A DNA stretch of 64,000 nt from the NCBI GenBank assembly GCA_000320545.1, contig ADNK01001542.1, forward strand, positions 51,233 to 115,232, in the 5' to 3' direction. This DNA comes from Bigelowiella natans CCMP2755. Taxonomy: Eukaryota; Protista; Cercozoa. Positions 23,871 through 37,792 of the stretch are shown in pieces. The notes under the pieces were generated by a model. That model was given only the letters and a program-made list of their open reading frames with translations, had not been told where the DNA came from and made no database searches. A program made the translations under genes and the position numbers. Every line of letters starts with the position of its first letter. Within the stretch, counting starts at the first letter, position 1.

Positions 23871-25107
23871 TATTACCTCCCAAAGGTGGTCTACAAAGCC
23901 CAAGCTAGTCTTGTGATAGGCCTTATCTACGAGGAGCTGGTGGTGCTGGTGGTGGTGCTGGTGGTGCTGCTGGTTCTTCCACGGAAACCTATTCCACATC
24001 CAATCGATTCGATTGAAGATGCTTGCGTGTGAAGCCGCTACGCCTTTCGGCACGCCAGTACTTCCAGACGTGTACAGGATGTACGCCAAAGCCCTGGGGT
24101 CGATACGCTCTGCCGTATCTAAATAGGGACGGTGACGATTGCCTCCGCTGCTTCTACCCGCGTCGTTGGAGCATAGCAACTCCTCCACAGAGAGCATTCT
24201 GACCCCGGAATTCCGCGCGATTGCTTCGATGCTCTCACCGCTATGGCCGTGGGAAGATTCTCCCCCTCCCCCCCTCAGCATTATTGGGGGACGGGAGTTT
24301 TCTAAAATTGCTTCGAGTCGCTGTGGAGCTTGCATGGTAGACACGGGCAAGTAGCCATGCCCTATCTTTAGGCTTCCGAGGAGAGATCCCACCTAAGATG
24401 CCCAATGGGATACGAGTGGGAGAGATTCCCGCAATGCAAAACACGCACACGTATCAGAGTGCTTCTTCTTCTTCTTCTTCTTCTTCTTCTTCTTCTTCTA
24501 CTACTACTTCTAAAAATGCACAGGGCCATGAGTTGCTTGCAAAGGATTCGTTGTGTCAGGCGAAGAGCGAGAATTAACGAGAAGGATAAGAACGAGAAAA
24601 TATTTTGGCAGGTTGATTTGAAGGGGGGGGGGGGGGGGGCGTGCATCACCATGTGCTTGGGGTCTTTTACGGTGTCCATGCAAATGGCAATTGGCGCAAT
24701 GTTTTCGCTCGAGCTATGCTGATTCACATCACTATTGATTTCGCGAACAAGGTTGCTTCCAATCTGAGCTCCTAACCTGAGACAAGTACAGAATGTAAAT
24801 GATTTTATTGCTAGCTCACGCTGGGATCTGTCGCGTGAAAGAAGAGAAGCTATACTCGTTCAGTTGCTCGAAGGTCGTTGTCTCTCCATCCTCGGCCTTT
24901 TTTCCACACAGTTTGCGTTAGTTTTTATTGGCAGTCATGATGTCGAGGCGTTCGCTACTTCGTGAGCATAAGAAAGACAATTACCTTCAGAAGAGCAATT
25001 CTGCCTGGGTGTTGCCGGGCAGCTTCTTCTATCCCAGCATGCAAAAGCTTGTGCTTTGCGCCCGATGCACCAGACCGGGCCTCATCACTATCGTTTGCAT
25101 GTTGTAA
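10923..25107 (-). CDS. Multimodular nonribosomal peptide synthetase: A1-T1-C-E-(Cy remnant)-A2(Cys)-T2-Cy-T3-TE
   Basis: Phase-consistent exons: ~25107-24985, 24896-24856, 24776-24650, 24392-23877, 23661-23301 (internal frame break ~23590), 23101-22883, 22671-12999, 12815-12167, 11948-11896, 11738-10923. Motifs: two YTSGSTGVPKG; FRTGD/FRPGD; NGK(T/I)D; three GGDS carrier sites (~22306, ~15203, ~12699); C HHLISDG (~21400); E HHLVIDG, EGHGRD, RTVGWFT, FNYFG; Cy LPPPPDLP, PFVFTS, TPHVSMDFQ; TE GWSYG and GDH. True start unresolved; further 5' exons are possible up to ~26300. Confidence 0.95.
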
Positions 25108-26428
25108 CTTTGAGTGACGTAGACAAAACGCAGCAGGCAAGGCCAACGTGCACTGCGAGATTATAATAATGATACCTATTAACAATACCTTTTCGAACAC
25201 AGTGATCGATGTTTTGCATATTGCTTGCGCCGGAGAAGCCCGAATCTTGAACTAGTCGGGCGGGTATGCGGAGGCGGGATGAATCGAAGCATAGCCGTCT
25301 CAGCGTCTCCTCCCCGGCCTTAAAAATTCGAAATGATCCTCGAATGTCCAGAGCAGCAGGTTACATTCCCTGTAAACACCTACACGATACCAGCGTTTAG
25401 AGTTGTTAGTGCATGCAAGTTGGTCCAGTATGCCACTTTCATCTAACAACCTAGTCATGTGAGGCTGTAGCGCTTCGCCTGAATACGAGTAGCGAATCTG
25501 GTAGCTTTTCCTTTGGGTATGCCAGCTACTCGCAAGGATATCCACCGGCAGGTCCGACACAATCAATCTCTGGCAAAAACAAAGAGAGTTATCGACGTTT
25601 CCATCCGACTGGCTCGTCGAAAGGATGAGTGTGATTGGGGTTTTAAACATACGACCCTAATAATTCTATGTCGTTGTGGTCAAAACTGAGTCCGCCCTCA
25701 TGTCGCTCCTGTAAATTTGGGGAAGGACAACCCTGATTTATAATGCGTCATGATTCCTTACAAGTCGCTTTCATAAAACATAACCATTGGAAAGGAAGTG
25801 CAGAATCGAACGCCAAGTGGAGGACTATGTAGTGCGACAATGTATCTTTTGAGTCGCAAATTGCGAACATTATTTAAGGACAGAAAGAAGGAGCACCCCT
25901 CCCCACCGGCGTCATCCCAGGCGAAGAAGAGGATAAAAGTTGTAAAACCCTATGATTAGCGATGAGAGGAAGTATTTAATTTAGAAGAAGAATGCTTAAG
26001 CGGATGTATGGTAATTTCAATGCAGAGGATCCTCTGGTCACCGAATCTTCATATTCCTTCACTGTTTTTTCCGGGTATATGTACTAATCGCAATGTCTAC
26101 CGATAACAAACAGGTTGCGGTTAACTATCAAAAGATTTCTTGAAAGTCGGGAGCGGCTTTCTTTACTCGTTGGCCCACCGTGAGTCGTCCGCCGGTACCT
26201 CGCCGGCCAAAATCCTTCCCGCCCGCCCGAGAGACTCTTCCGTCGAGAACGAAGAAGTGGGCCTTTAAGGTAATGCATTCGTTGATGCGAACGTATAATC
26301 TTCAGCATATTCACTACGTGGTATCAGAATAACGATCTTTTCGCGTATCTTCTAATTACAATACTACAGCGCTAACTTTACAAGTGCCGTTGATCAACAC
26401 ACTTACTACTGGCTGTAAGGTACGCCAA

Positions 26429-27685
26429 ATGTGGGAGGCAGTTTTCGGACAAGATGACTCCGATATGAAGGTCTTTAAACACACGGAGCCTATCTGGATA
26501 CTTGGAGTCGAACATAGGTCACACAAACGCACACACACACAAACACACACACACACACACACACACAGGATGGATGTGGAATTTTATGGGAGCATGGGCC
26601 TGAAGAAATGCTACCGTTCTAAATATGACACGATTTCACTTTCAGAAAAGTAATGGAATACGACGCTAATAAGATTTTCTTTGCTACTGTTAGCGTTGAG
26701 GGTGCGTTACGGAAATACAGGCAGGCAGCAAGCAAGCTGACCCCGAAGGAACTCAGGGAGAAACTTATTCAGGTTGCATACTCCGTAAGAACATTTCATG
26801 CCGTTTCAAAAGATTTTGAAGGACTTAAGATATCTATAGTTCTTCCCCCCCTGCGAATACGATCAATTATTGACCGTATCGCAGGGCAAAAGAACTAGCG
26901 AAAACATCATCCAAATTGGTGAACGGGTGTGTCTGAGAGTTAAATAACTTACATGGCACCATTGATCTCGTGAGTAGGAGAAGTTGCGCAGGAACAAAGA
27001 AGCCTATCACGATTTCATCACTAAAGTTTGGTTCTCATATCGGGAAGGATTTCCAGGTGATAGTGATGAGAAGTAGGTTGAGATAGGATGGTGATGGGGA
27101 TGATGGTCATAGCGTTTATTTTACACCCTTCCGACTTCCACAATCAGCCATCGGAGCTTCCTCGTACGACACAGACGCGGGGTGGGGATGCATGTTGCGT
27201 ACATCCCAGATGATGTTCTGCCAAGGGCTTCTCGTGCACAACTTAGGCCGACGTAAGAAGAAGAAGAAGAAGAAGAAAAGAAAACAGATGATATTCAATG
27301 AGCACGAGCACATCGCACCGTTTCATATGAGAGCAAAATGACATTGCGTATCCAACCTTTTGCACGGTACCAATGCATGTAGTAAGAAAGATAGTTCATC
27401 AGTATTTCCCGACGCAATAAACAAGTAATAAGAGCACAATAGGTGAGAGCTGCTGTGTTTACTATATATGCAGATTGGAGAGTCAATCGAAAGGGCGTGC
27501 GGCCAGAGATTTATGCGAAGGTGCGCAAATGTATATTTGTAAGCCATTGAACCACCTTAGCTGAATATTATTTATGGGTTTCCTATGATGATGTCGCTTT
27601 AGAATATTTGCTGCCACAACTTATTGCGATGTCCCTATATGGAAAGCGTGATGTACTAATAATAAGTGCACATATTATATGTATA

Positions 27686-27726
<41 letters not shown>

Positions 27727-30475
27727 ATATGTATACACATCCGTGTATTCATGCCTATGTGTGCTGAGTGTTGGTTGTGTTGTGTAGGTTCTGCGATGGT
27801 TTTTGGATTATCCCAACGATGTATGCCCGTACTCGTTGCATAACTTGCTTCGCCATTCAGCGTGTGTGGACAAATTGGTAGTAAGCAGTAGTAGTAGCAG
27901 TAGGTACTAATCGACGAAGTGTACCAAAAAACAATGCAACTAAAGCAGCAGAGGAGTGATCATCAAATCACTCTCGAGGAAAGGGCATGAATAAATCGGA
28001 ATTATATGAAGTTGCACTTTCTGCAGAGAGCCTGCACGCATACACACACGCGCACCCACGGCGGCAATTGTCAGTGTCTCTAGCGTACACGTCCATGATC
28101 TTACTGAGCACACACACACACACATACACAAACTGATATTTTACCTGTTTATTCGGTCTTAGATTGGCGAATGGTTCGGACCCCAGGCTGCGTGCGTTGT
28201 GATCAAGTAATGCTTCGTAGCGATTGCAGGGGGGGGGAGTAGTAGCAGTAGTGGTAGTCGGGGTAATAGCAGTAACAACTTGGCCAAAGCCCCGAGTAGT
28301 AACAATATACACTGATGCTCTGCCCCCCCTCCCCTCCTTCTCCGATTGCCGTTCTCAGGAGATGCCACGGTGCACATCTGAAGAGCAAGGACGCCTACCT
28401 CCTCCCGTCGTTGTATATGGCTTCGGATGGAGGGACCGTTTACTTGGATAAGGTACTAGTATTGCAGCATATTATTTCCTATGGGGAGGCTGCAAAGAAG
28501 GAAGGGGTATAAGGAGGAAGAGGAGGAGGGGATGAGTAGGGAAGAAACGAGAGCGTTCCAAACGATATATTCGTTCGAGGGAGTACATGTTGCGCCTCCC
28601 ACTGTGATTGCAGCTGATAATGCCGGTTTTCTTGCTTTGCTGCCCCTCCCCCCGCTCCGGTCGCTTTCTTCCCCTCGTTACTCTCAAAGATTCTGCAGAT
28701 GTTTGGAGATGATGAGAGCACAGCCTCCTCCTCCTCCTCACAAAGAAACTCGGTAGATATTCAGACCAATGGCGGTGATAAAGCTAATGCTGCTCCTGAC
28801 AACACCAGCAGCCATAACAACAAAAGCAGTAGTGCCAAGATGCACGATGGTTCCTCCGCGCCCCCCCAACCCCCCTCCGCCACCAAGAGTCGGTTTGCGG
28901 CCCACATAACAAAGATAGCAGCGGGCACGAACAGCAGCGGCACGTCTCGAGCGCAAGGAGAGGCTGCTGAAGAGACCAAGTTGAGAAGTAGAAATAACGG
29001 CAGTAGTAGTAGTATTAGTAGTAGTAGTAGAGAAAAGACGGTGAAGGCAACGACAACCAAAAGGGATTTGAAGCAACAAACAGTACCAGCAGGGAATAAC
29101 AGCACCAAAGGCTGCACCGGTGCTACCACGACGTCCAAAACAACAACAATCAACGCTTCCTCATCATCATCATCATCACCACCATCACCATCACCAAATT
29201 CTTCTTCATCTTCGTCCTCTGCCCCCTCCTCTTCACACCAATCCCAAGACCGCTCGCGTAACAATGATAATGATTATAATAATGATAATAATAATAAGCA
29301 GCAGCAGCAGCAACAACAACAACAACAACGACGACACAAACTCTCCCTGGCGGAGTCGATGATCATGCAGCAGCCGCGGGAGAGATGGAAGGCTCTGGTA
29401 ATAGTCGTTCCTGTTCGTTTGGGCGTGGAAGTTGTCAATAAAAACTACATGAACGGCCTCATAAAGTGCCTCAAACTACCACAAAGTCTCGGCTTTGTGG
29501 GGGGGCGGCCTCGATCCTCTCTTTACTTCGTCGGCTTCCAAGGCAGCCGCCTACTCTACCTTGATCCACACACGGTGCAGAAGGTGCCTCCCTTCCAGAC
29601 CGATCTTAGGCGGGTGTCCTCCTCTTTCCACTGCGCGAAGCTGCGAACGATGAAACTTGACGAGCTCGACCCCTCCCTTGCCCTGGGCTTTTATTGCCGC
29701 GACAGGGCAGAATTCTTTCACTTCTGGAGCTCCATCGAGGTATGTGTGTGGGGGGGGGGGGTTGACATTTGTTTGAATAATTTTCTCAATCGGGAGGGTG
29801 AGAGAGGTGTAGGCGTTTGTATGGGGGAATAGAGGACAGCCTCACCACGCCAAACTTACACGACAGAGTTAATGCTAGTAAGCGTCTCCTTCTCGCCCCA
29901 ACTTACGGCTGTTTTTTTGGTTTTTCTTAACCTGCTCGTGATATTCTGCCTTCCAGGAAATGCAGCAATCTTCGCGGTACCCTCCATTCCGCGTGGAGGC
30001 CAAAGCTCCGTCCTACGATGACTTCCTTGACTTAGATGATGAAGAAGACGATGACGACGACGCCGAGGACCACCAAATGATGATGATGAAAACGAACAAC
30101 AAGAACAAGAAGGAGAAGAAGATGATGATGAAGAAGAAGAAGAAGAAGAAGGGCCAAACTGGCGGCAGTGCCGAGGAAAAGGACAGCAGCCCAGACGACT
30201 TCAATGACAACAATGACAACAACATTTCGCAAACACCAAAGATTATAACAGGCTCACGTATTCTCAGAAATTCGAATAGGAATGGCAGCGAAGAGAAAAA
30301 GAACGGTTTATCTCCCGGTGCTGCGCCGTCCACGAGTAGAAGCACTCCAGGTGCTTTTACTGCGAACGCCGCGATAATGCATGGAGGGAGGACGCGTGCG
30401 GCCATGAAAAATGCATCCGAGAAGAGGCCTCAGGAAGCAGAGTTCCTGGTAGACGACGGTTTTGTGATACTTTGA
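26429..30475 (+). CDS. ATG4: Autophagy cysteine protease ATG4 (peptidase C54)
   Basis: Spliced motifs PIWILG, DFITKVWFSYREGFP, catalytic DAGWGCMLRTSQM, PYSLHN, IGEWFGP, VPVRLG, SLGFVGGRPRSSLYFVGFQ, catalytic YLDPH, and LDPSLALGFYC. The acidic tail ends DDGFVIL* (AIM/LIR-like). Confidence 0.95.
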
Positions 30476-30546
30476 TCAGATGAAAAACTGGCGTGCAGAG
30501 CGTTGGGAAGATTGTGACATCTTGCCGGATTTACAGCGTATTATGG

Positions 30547-30587
<41 letters not shown>

Positions 30588-30636
30588 TTTTTAATGTATG
30601 TAATATATATGTATATGATATACATATGAGATGAAT

Positions 30637-30841
30637 GGATGTAATGAATAAATTAAATTCGTTCGATGGTCATCCTAATGCACTGATGTGCCTAGCTAGC
30701 TAGACCATTCTAGCATTCATTATAGTAGGCACAAGACAAACACACAAGCTAGAACTAGTAGAGCTAGCAGCTGCAGCTAGCATGCTACATGAGGATGGAC
30801 ATATTGAGCAAATTCAATTGCTTCATTACATCCGTCTTACA
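30637..30841. repeat. Two inverted copies of a ~45-60 bp dispersed repeat
   Basis: 30637-30676 (reverse: aggatgaccatcgaacgaatttaatttattcattacatcc) and 30791-30841 (aggatggacatattgagcaaattcaattgcttcattacatccgtcttaca). The same family occurs at 39910-39975 and 40077-40134. Confidence 0.6.
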
Positions 30842-31226
30842 TGCTGCAACATATATACTATATATGATATTGCTGTGTCTATTATACACAAAGCACTAGA
30901 GTCTTAGTTCCCAAAATGTTCCGCACGTTGTCATACGATGCCACATGATGCTGATCGTCAAAGCACTGACCTCTATTTCAAACGCTTGCATGTCCCCGCT
31001 AGCCCGGCTAGCTAGCCGGTCGTCATGTCTGAAATTAATTATCTGACATCGCGCATCTCTCTAGCTAGCTCTAGATCTCTAGGTTTAGCTACTCAGCAAA
31101 GCGCCCATCGCGCACAACAAGATAGCATGCATTGAACAGTTTCTATATGAATATGTTTAATTTTGCCAAGCATTTTGGGTGTCACTGTGTCTATAGTTGT
31201 CTTGAAGTGGTTCAATGCTAGAATGA

Positions 31227-31835
31227 CTACATCTGTAGTTCCTCACGTAGTGCCTCTATGAGAAGCATGTTCATTACTTCTTTGTAATATAAATATCCTT
31301 CTCTTCCCTTTGGAGCTGTCAAAAGGACATCATCAACATCGTCTTCGTATATTGTAAATTTCTTTATTAGTTTTTGTAGCACTTCCCTTGGCATTTGTTC
31401 TTTTATGTACTTGTGTTTCTCAGCATTATCGAAAGCGACGCGAATTTTCTCTTGCTTCAGCACGTGCTTGGATAACACTTTCTCCACCAACTTCTTAGAT
31501 GAGCATATCTCCAAAAACTGCTTGAAGTTTAGGTCTTCTGTGTATTTTCCCTGCCAATATATTCAGAAAACAGTGATTCAGCTTTCAAGATTTGCATGCT
31601 CTATTTCTTCTACAATGAAGCGTCACATTGATCGTATTCCCACCTTTCCTCTTTCAGTAAGCCTCAGATCTATACTCTTAAGCGCATCGTCAAGATCATC
31701 GATTTGGAGCTTGCCCCTCCACATGTAGTCTGAGAACGATTCGCGAATCTCGTCCATGCGTTCCGGGGTGAGCTTGCTCTGCTTCTTCTTCCCTTTCTTC
31801 TTGGTGTCCTCCGCAGGTGCTTTTTCTTCGGACAT
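31227..31835 (-). CDS. Small degenerate EF-hand protein (calmodulin/centrin/myosin light chain-like)
   Basis: Exons 31835-31644 and 31550-31227 join in frame. KLTPERMDEIRESF..GKLQIDDLDDALKSI..LNFKQFLEIC..KIRVAFD..EDDVDDVL..EGYLYYKEVMNML follows four-EF-hand spacing, but canonical Ca-binding loops are lost. Confidence 0.75.
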
Positions 31836-32160
31836 CCTAGCCTTCTAGCAAAGTGCTCCAACTCCCCTATGGATTTCAAGGAATTGGCCTACCAGCGGAG
31901 GCAGCCATACGAGCTGAGGTGGTCGGGGGGGGAAGGCGAACAGCTCCGGTCCGTAGTCGACAGTAACGGCGACAAACACCAGAATTTTTTTGCTTACAAT
32001 TAAAGTTCCTTGTCGTTCATTATAAACCGCAAGTGAATGCATGTGACGGCCTGATTTTCGATATTTCCGGTAGATTTGACCGGTATTTTGGGGTAACGAC
32101 AAGCCGTCTTCTGCCTTCCTCTCCCGAGACCGAATATCCGACTCCGGGACGACGATAGAT

Positions 32161-32829
32161 ATGCGCTGGAATCGCCGGGGGGGGGGTCGCGGCCTTCTCG
32201 TATCTCTCGCACTCTGTGCTGTTTTCGGTGCTTTTTGGCTCCCCGGGCGAGGTGTAGATCACGAATTTTACTGTCTTCTGTCAGCAGTTGTGTATTGAAG
32301 GGGAACGTGGGGGATAAACTGATGATGTGCGATTATTTTGAATGTTTTCCAGGTCTAGCAGGACATATCCAGAGACATCGTTTGTTCGTCAGCACGCGGC
32401 CTCCATGCCGCAGCTTGATTTTCCCCAATAAGGCGGGAATGCGTCTGAATACCGCCCTAGGAACTCTTTCTTTCCGGGGATCCGCGTTGAAGCGGTCGGT
32501 TGTGCAAGAGGCCAAGGAAGAGGAGGAGGGGGAGGACTGGTATGGATTTCTAAGGTAAAACAATTTTGATGCTGTGGTGAAAATAAACATAGTGTGACAT
32601 CGACGAAGTCGTGTCCAAATGGAGTCATACAACGCATGTCTCACCCTCACATTTTATCTGATCGTCCGCGTCATCAGAAAACAGTCCAAAAAGCTCGAAG
32701 AGGCGGCTAATAAAAAGACAGGCAAGGATTCTCCTCTTCCCTCCCCCGCTCCTCCCTTTCAGTCTCTCTAGATTTCATAAATGACAATTGGAATGTAGGG
32801 GAAGAAGCAGTAACAGGAGAAGAAGAAAA

Positions 32830-32870
<41 letters not shown>

Positions 32871-34182
32871 ATAAGACAAATATTAAAGATGTTTGGAAGT
32901 CATAAGAAGAGGTCATAATTTATTGCTCTTTGTTCGTTGTTACTATGTCACTAGCAGAGAGTGAGCCATCAGAATCGGCAGCCCCCCCCCCCCCTTCATC
33001 ATCGCCGAAACGAAAGGACTCTGGGAGTACCAGCATAACCAATGGCGCCATAGACGTTCTACAACCATCTTCACAGGTTGTGAATTCATAGACGGACCTT
33101 GTTTGGAAATCGATCATCACCACACATTAGCTATCAAGAAATACTAAAAAGAAGACAGTCGTTTCTTCTGCTTCTTCTTCTTCTTCTTCTTCTTCTCTCT
33201 CCGTTGTCCTCACGCACTCGTTTTTTCTCTCTGATTGACACATTTGTGACAGGAGGAGGAGGAGAAGAAAAAGGAGCGACAGCAGCTACAGCAGCAGCAG
33301 CAGCAGCAAGGACAGCAAGTTGTGGCTCCAAGGGACTTACGGTGAGACTTGCAAACTTTCCTTTTAAGTGCAAATGAACCCCATATCGCCATATAGTTAA
33401 AGGATATTCGAGGTAACGAGAGCTAGATGGCTTGCATATTCTCCCCGCCACGGACTAGATGTGGAGGTTTCCATGTTCTAGAAATGTGTTGGCGTTGTGA
33501 CCTACATAGCTGGAAGATGATGCGGAATGTTTGTGTACATTCTACGTCTCCACGCATTAGAATATAAAATTGTGAGTGTGTGTGTATATATATATATCTG
33601 TGTGTATGATTGTGTGTTTGTATTTGTGTGCTGTGCAGCCTCAACGAAGATCCGCAGAAGAAGCTGATGCTTAAAGAGAAGGTTATTGGATTATGAACGT
33701 GGGCTCGTAGATGAAAGGGGAGAGAGAATTCTCGCGCACGTGGCGACGTATTATGATGATAATGCGGGTTATTGTTCCGAGCCATCATGATAGGACTGCT
33801 CATAGAAAAACGATTACTAATTTGATTCTACCTCCCCCCCCCCCCCCCCCCCCCCCCTCCCCCCTTTCTTCTGGGTCCGCAGGAAATAGAGAAAATGGAG
33901 ACTGAGTGCGTGAGTCTTAATAGTAGTTGAAGTAGCTGGGATGTAATAAGTGGTAGTAGGAGTATTAGTAATAGTTGCGCCATCATCCTCACCGACTCAG
34001 CGAGTTGGTTAAATACTGCTGCATTGGTAAGAGTGGAGGGGGGGGTGGGGCGGGTGGGATAGTAGGGTTGGACATGGTACTTTATATTTATCGAAGTGAC
34101 TAAAACTGAATATATTGTGTATTATATAAAATATAAATGTGTATGTGTTGTGGATGGGAGAGTGGACATCTGATTGTTTGTT

Positions 34183-34228
<46 letters not shown>

Positions 34229-34424
34229 GATTGGTTGGTTTCTTACTAGATATGAGCTGGAGACACGAGACTACGATTGGCGTCAAAACGGTCAAGTTCA
34301 GACGGAATTATAGCCCATTAACGACATGAGGATGCCTTTTCTCATTGATGATGATGCTGATAGGGACGATTGCAATGCTGACGGCATTGTCCTTTCGAAA
34401 GCTCTTTCCTCCAGTTTCTGTGCT

Positions 34425-34492
<68 letters not shown>

Positions 34493-35125
34493 ATAATATG
34501 TGTGTAGATTTAAAATATCATCGTATCGTTTTTTTCAGGAAATGAGGTTTCTATATTTATCATGCTACGTGACAGCAATATTAATGCAATGGACATTGAA
34601 GGTTATACACATTCACGTACACACACACACACGTCTACACGCCTACACGCACTCACTCATGGCAATCAAACAAATAATATTATTCTCATGTTTTGATATT
34701 CTTCACACGCTCAGTCATCCAGAGATCTAGTAAGAAGCTCGATGTGCGGGTATTATCTGCGAACACAAACGCACACCCGCAATCAACAAGCATAAAGATC
34801 GCTATTATCAACCGCATGTTGGGTCTTATCACCATCACCATTGCTCCTGCACTTGCCGCCTATTCACTCAATAGCAATAACCCACGTCGTGACAGATATA
34901 CGATCAACCGTTGATGGAGAGCCCCCTCACGTATGATGTCATTCCGCAATCGACGTAATGCCAACAACCAATCGTGTCCTCATGGTGATGATGCTGATTA
35001 TGATGATGATGACTACGAATTATAATGAGAGCGACAAGGATGCCAAGAAGGACGAGAGAATTCGGATATATGATGATGATAGCACCATATATATCTCCAA
35101 CACTGCTTTTGCAATGTATATAAAT

Positions 35126-35169
<44 letters not shown>

Positions 35170-35546
35170 GTGTTGTGTGATAATTGTATATTCTGCGATT
35201 TGGAACACCTAACTCGCCCCCCCCCCCCCCCCCTTTTTGTTTCCCCCCGGGTAAAATCCGGTTTATTGAACAAAAAAAAGGAAAAGGGCAATGTTTTTTG
35301 TTTTGCTGTGTACAAAAAGAAACAAAAAAAGGGGAATGGGTCCATCAGATGGATCTACTGCGCACATTTTATTAAGAAAAAGAAAGGGGGGGGGGGGGGG
35401 GGGCTGATACGTTTCTTAACAATCTACGGCTTTTTATTTGATTAAATTATGCGACAAACCATAACAAGAAATGAGCGGCAAAGACCCTACGATTTTAACA
35501 TTCTAATGAAGTTTTGTTTCATCATCTACTTCATTGCCGGATATAC

Positions 35547-35585
<39 letters not shown>

Positions 35586-36694
35586 GTAATATATACGTCG
35601 TCGCTATGGGTATAAGATGAATTAACACGCGCTCTTTTCCATCAGCGATACATACACATTGTTATGGAGAAGAAAGAGCGGGACCGCGTATGGCCATATT
35701 GTTTCACCTCTGAGGACAGGTGAGAGAGAGTGCTGTGCAAATTGTTAAATGATGCCATATGCATTTCTACCTTTTCGTCGCAGGTCGCTCCTCCCCCCCC
35801 CCCCTTCCCAAACATATTGTTGATGTAGTTTATTGAGTTATAACGAAGGATATTCCCCCCTCTTCTTCCATCGCAGGGAAGCAACAATGGAAATCACGAA
35901 TCGGGTGTACATGGACATCGACATCGACGATGTAGTCACTTACTACGATATCAATGCGATGAGATGAATGATTCATTCTCCCGCTGCATTTGGAATTTTG
36001 AATGCTGAGTTCCTTTCCTTGTCCTCCTCCTTCTCCTCCTCCTCCTCCCCCTCCGTTGTTTTCCTTCCGATTTTTCGACGAGATTGCTGCGCTCTGTGTT
36101 TCGAATCATAATAATGTTAAATGACCGTCCCCACCCCTTGTTCTTGGCCTTTCAGGAGCGCATAGGGCGGATCGTAATCGGTAAGTCGTAGAAGCGTAAA
36201 TTTGACAACAACATCCAGAGAAACAGTGCTCGTTTTTCCCTGGCACGAATATCGCCGAATGCCGTTCATTTGAATATAAAAGCCATTTCATCGTAAAAGA
36301 GAAGTAGCCCCTTTGCATCAATCTCGTTTGCTTCCAGTAGAGCTCATATATTGCACTCATACTCGGTTATGCGAGATGACGCTGGGGGTGTAGTCATCAG
36401 ATTGGGATTCACGCACTCTGCCGTCTTGTTTGCTTTGATGCTCCTCGTTACATTCTTCGTCATCAGGCCTGTTTGGCCACGACGCTCCAGCAACTTGTAA
36501 AAACTTCAGGTATATATCGTGGTGGACCTAGCGCATGTGCCGTGCTATGTGAAAGGCTCTCTTTGTTGTTAGCTAGAACCCTATATATCGGGCTTTGGAT
36601 GTGAAATAAGAGATGTTCTTCATCTTCTTTTTGGTAACAACTATTACAGGTACTTTTGCAACAACCAGCCTCAAGATACATATAAGGTGGTAGC

Positions 36695-36727
<33 letters not shown>

Positions 36728-36887
36728 TATTGTTGTACCATGTCAATTGAAATTACCCTTACCACCATCATTGTAAGCCATTTGGTGTTTCATCCTGCTT
36801 TTGTTTTTATAATTCCCTCTCTCTCTCTCTCTCCCTCTCTCTCTCTCTCTTTCTCTCTCCACTTCTTTGATTTACACACAAGGGCAT

Positions 36888-36924
<37 letters not shown>

Positions 36925-37504
36925 CACACACACAAACACTCGTGCTGTTGTTGTCCCATCCTAGTTTATATCATAGATCACGCACGTTCTTCGCTATTAG
37001 CACCTCCGTTCTCCTCGCCTTAATCATGCTGTGATCTGCATTGTTTGTTGTCGCCCCATTCCTCTCCCAGGGCAAGGAAATGACATATAAGGGAACGCGA
37101 GTGCATCGTGTAATTCCAAACTTCATAATCCAAGGTCCTACAAGTTCCCTTGACATCTACTATGCGTTGATGTGAACGCAGGGCCACGTTCATATGGCCA
37201 TAATTGCGACTTTGTCCGCCGCATCCCTCTGGCAGTGCACAAATGTCGTGATAGTTAAAAGAGAGAATTAGGCTTCAATCGAGATCTAACCAGATCTGTT
37301 TTGTTTTGTTGTGATTGTCCCGGTTCTGCACGATGGCAAACAATTCAATGTGAATTTTTCCAGGCGGTGATTTTCTAAACGGTACGACTCAAAAACACTA
37401 TTATGACAACGCTACACGACGCATTTAATGAAGTCCGTTAGCGAATCTATACACTCTATACATTTACTTATTTGATAACACACACACACACACACACACA
37501 TACA

Positions 37505-37544
<40 letters not shown>

Positions 37545-37727
37545 TTTATATATTTATATATTTATATATTTATATAGGTGACGGTTCTGGAAGTGGCAGC
37601 ATTTATGGTAGCAATCTATTTCGTAACTAAGGAGGGCAAACTGAGCATTGTTGATATTTGTTTTTTGCGACGAGGCGATGGTGATGGTGATAATGGCTTT
37701 ATGACGTTTGACGATGCACACACACAA

Positions 37728-37792
<65 letters not shown>

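Noticed and set aside
35216-35403. Poly-C/poly-G flanked, homopolymer-rich stretch (G-quadruplex or element?)
   Set aside because: It looks like low-quality sequence after a homopolymer run and may hide a small CS-domain exon.
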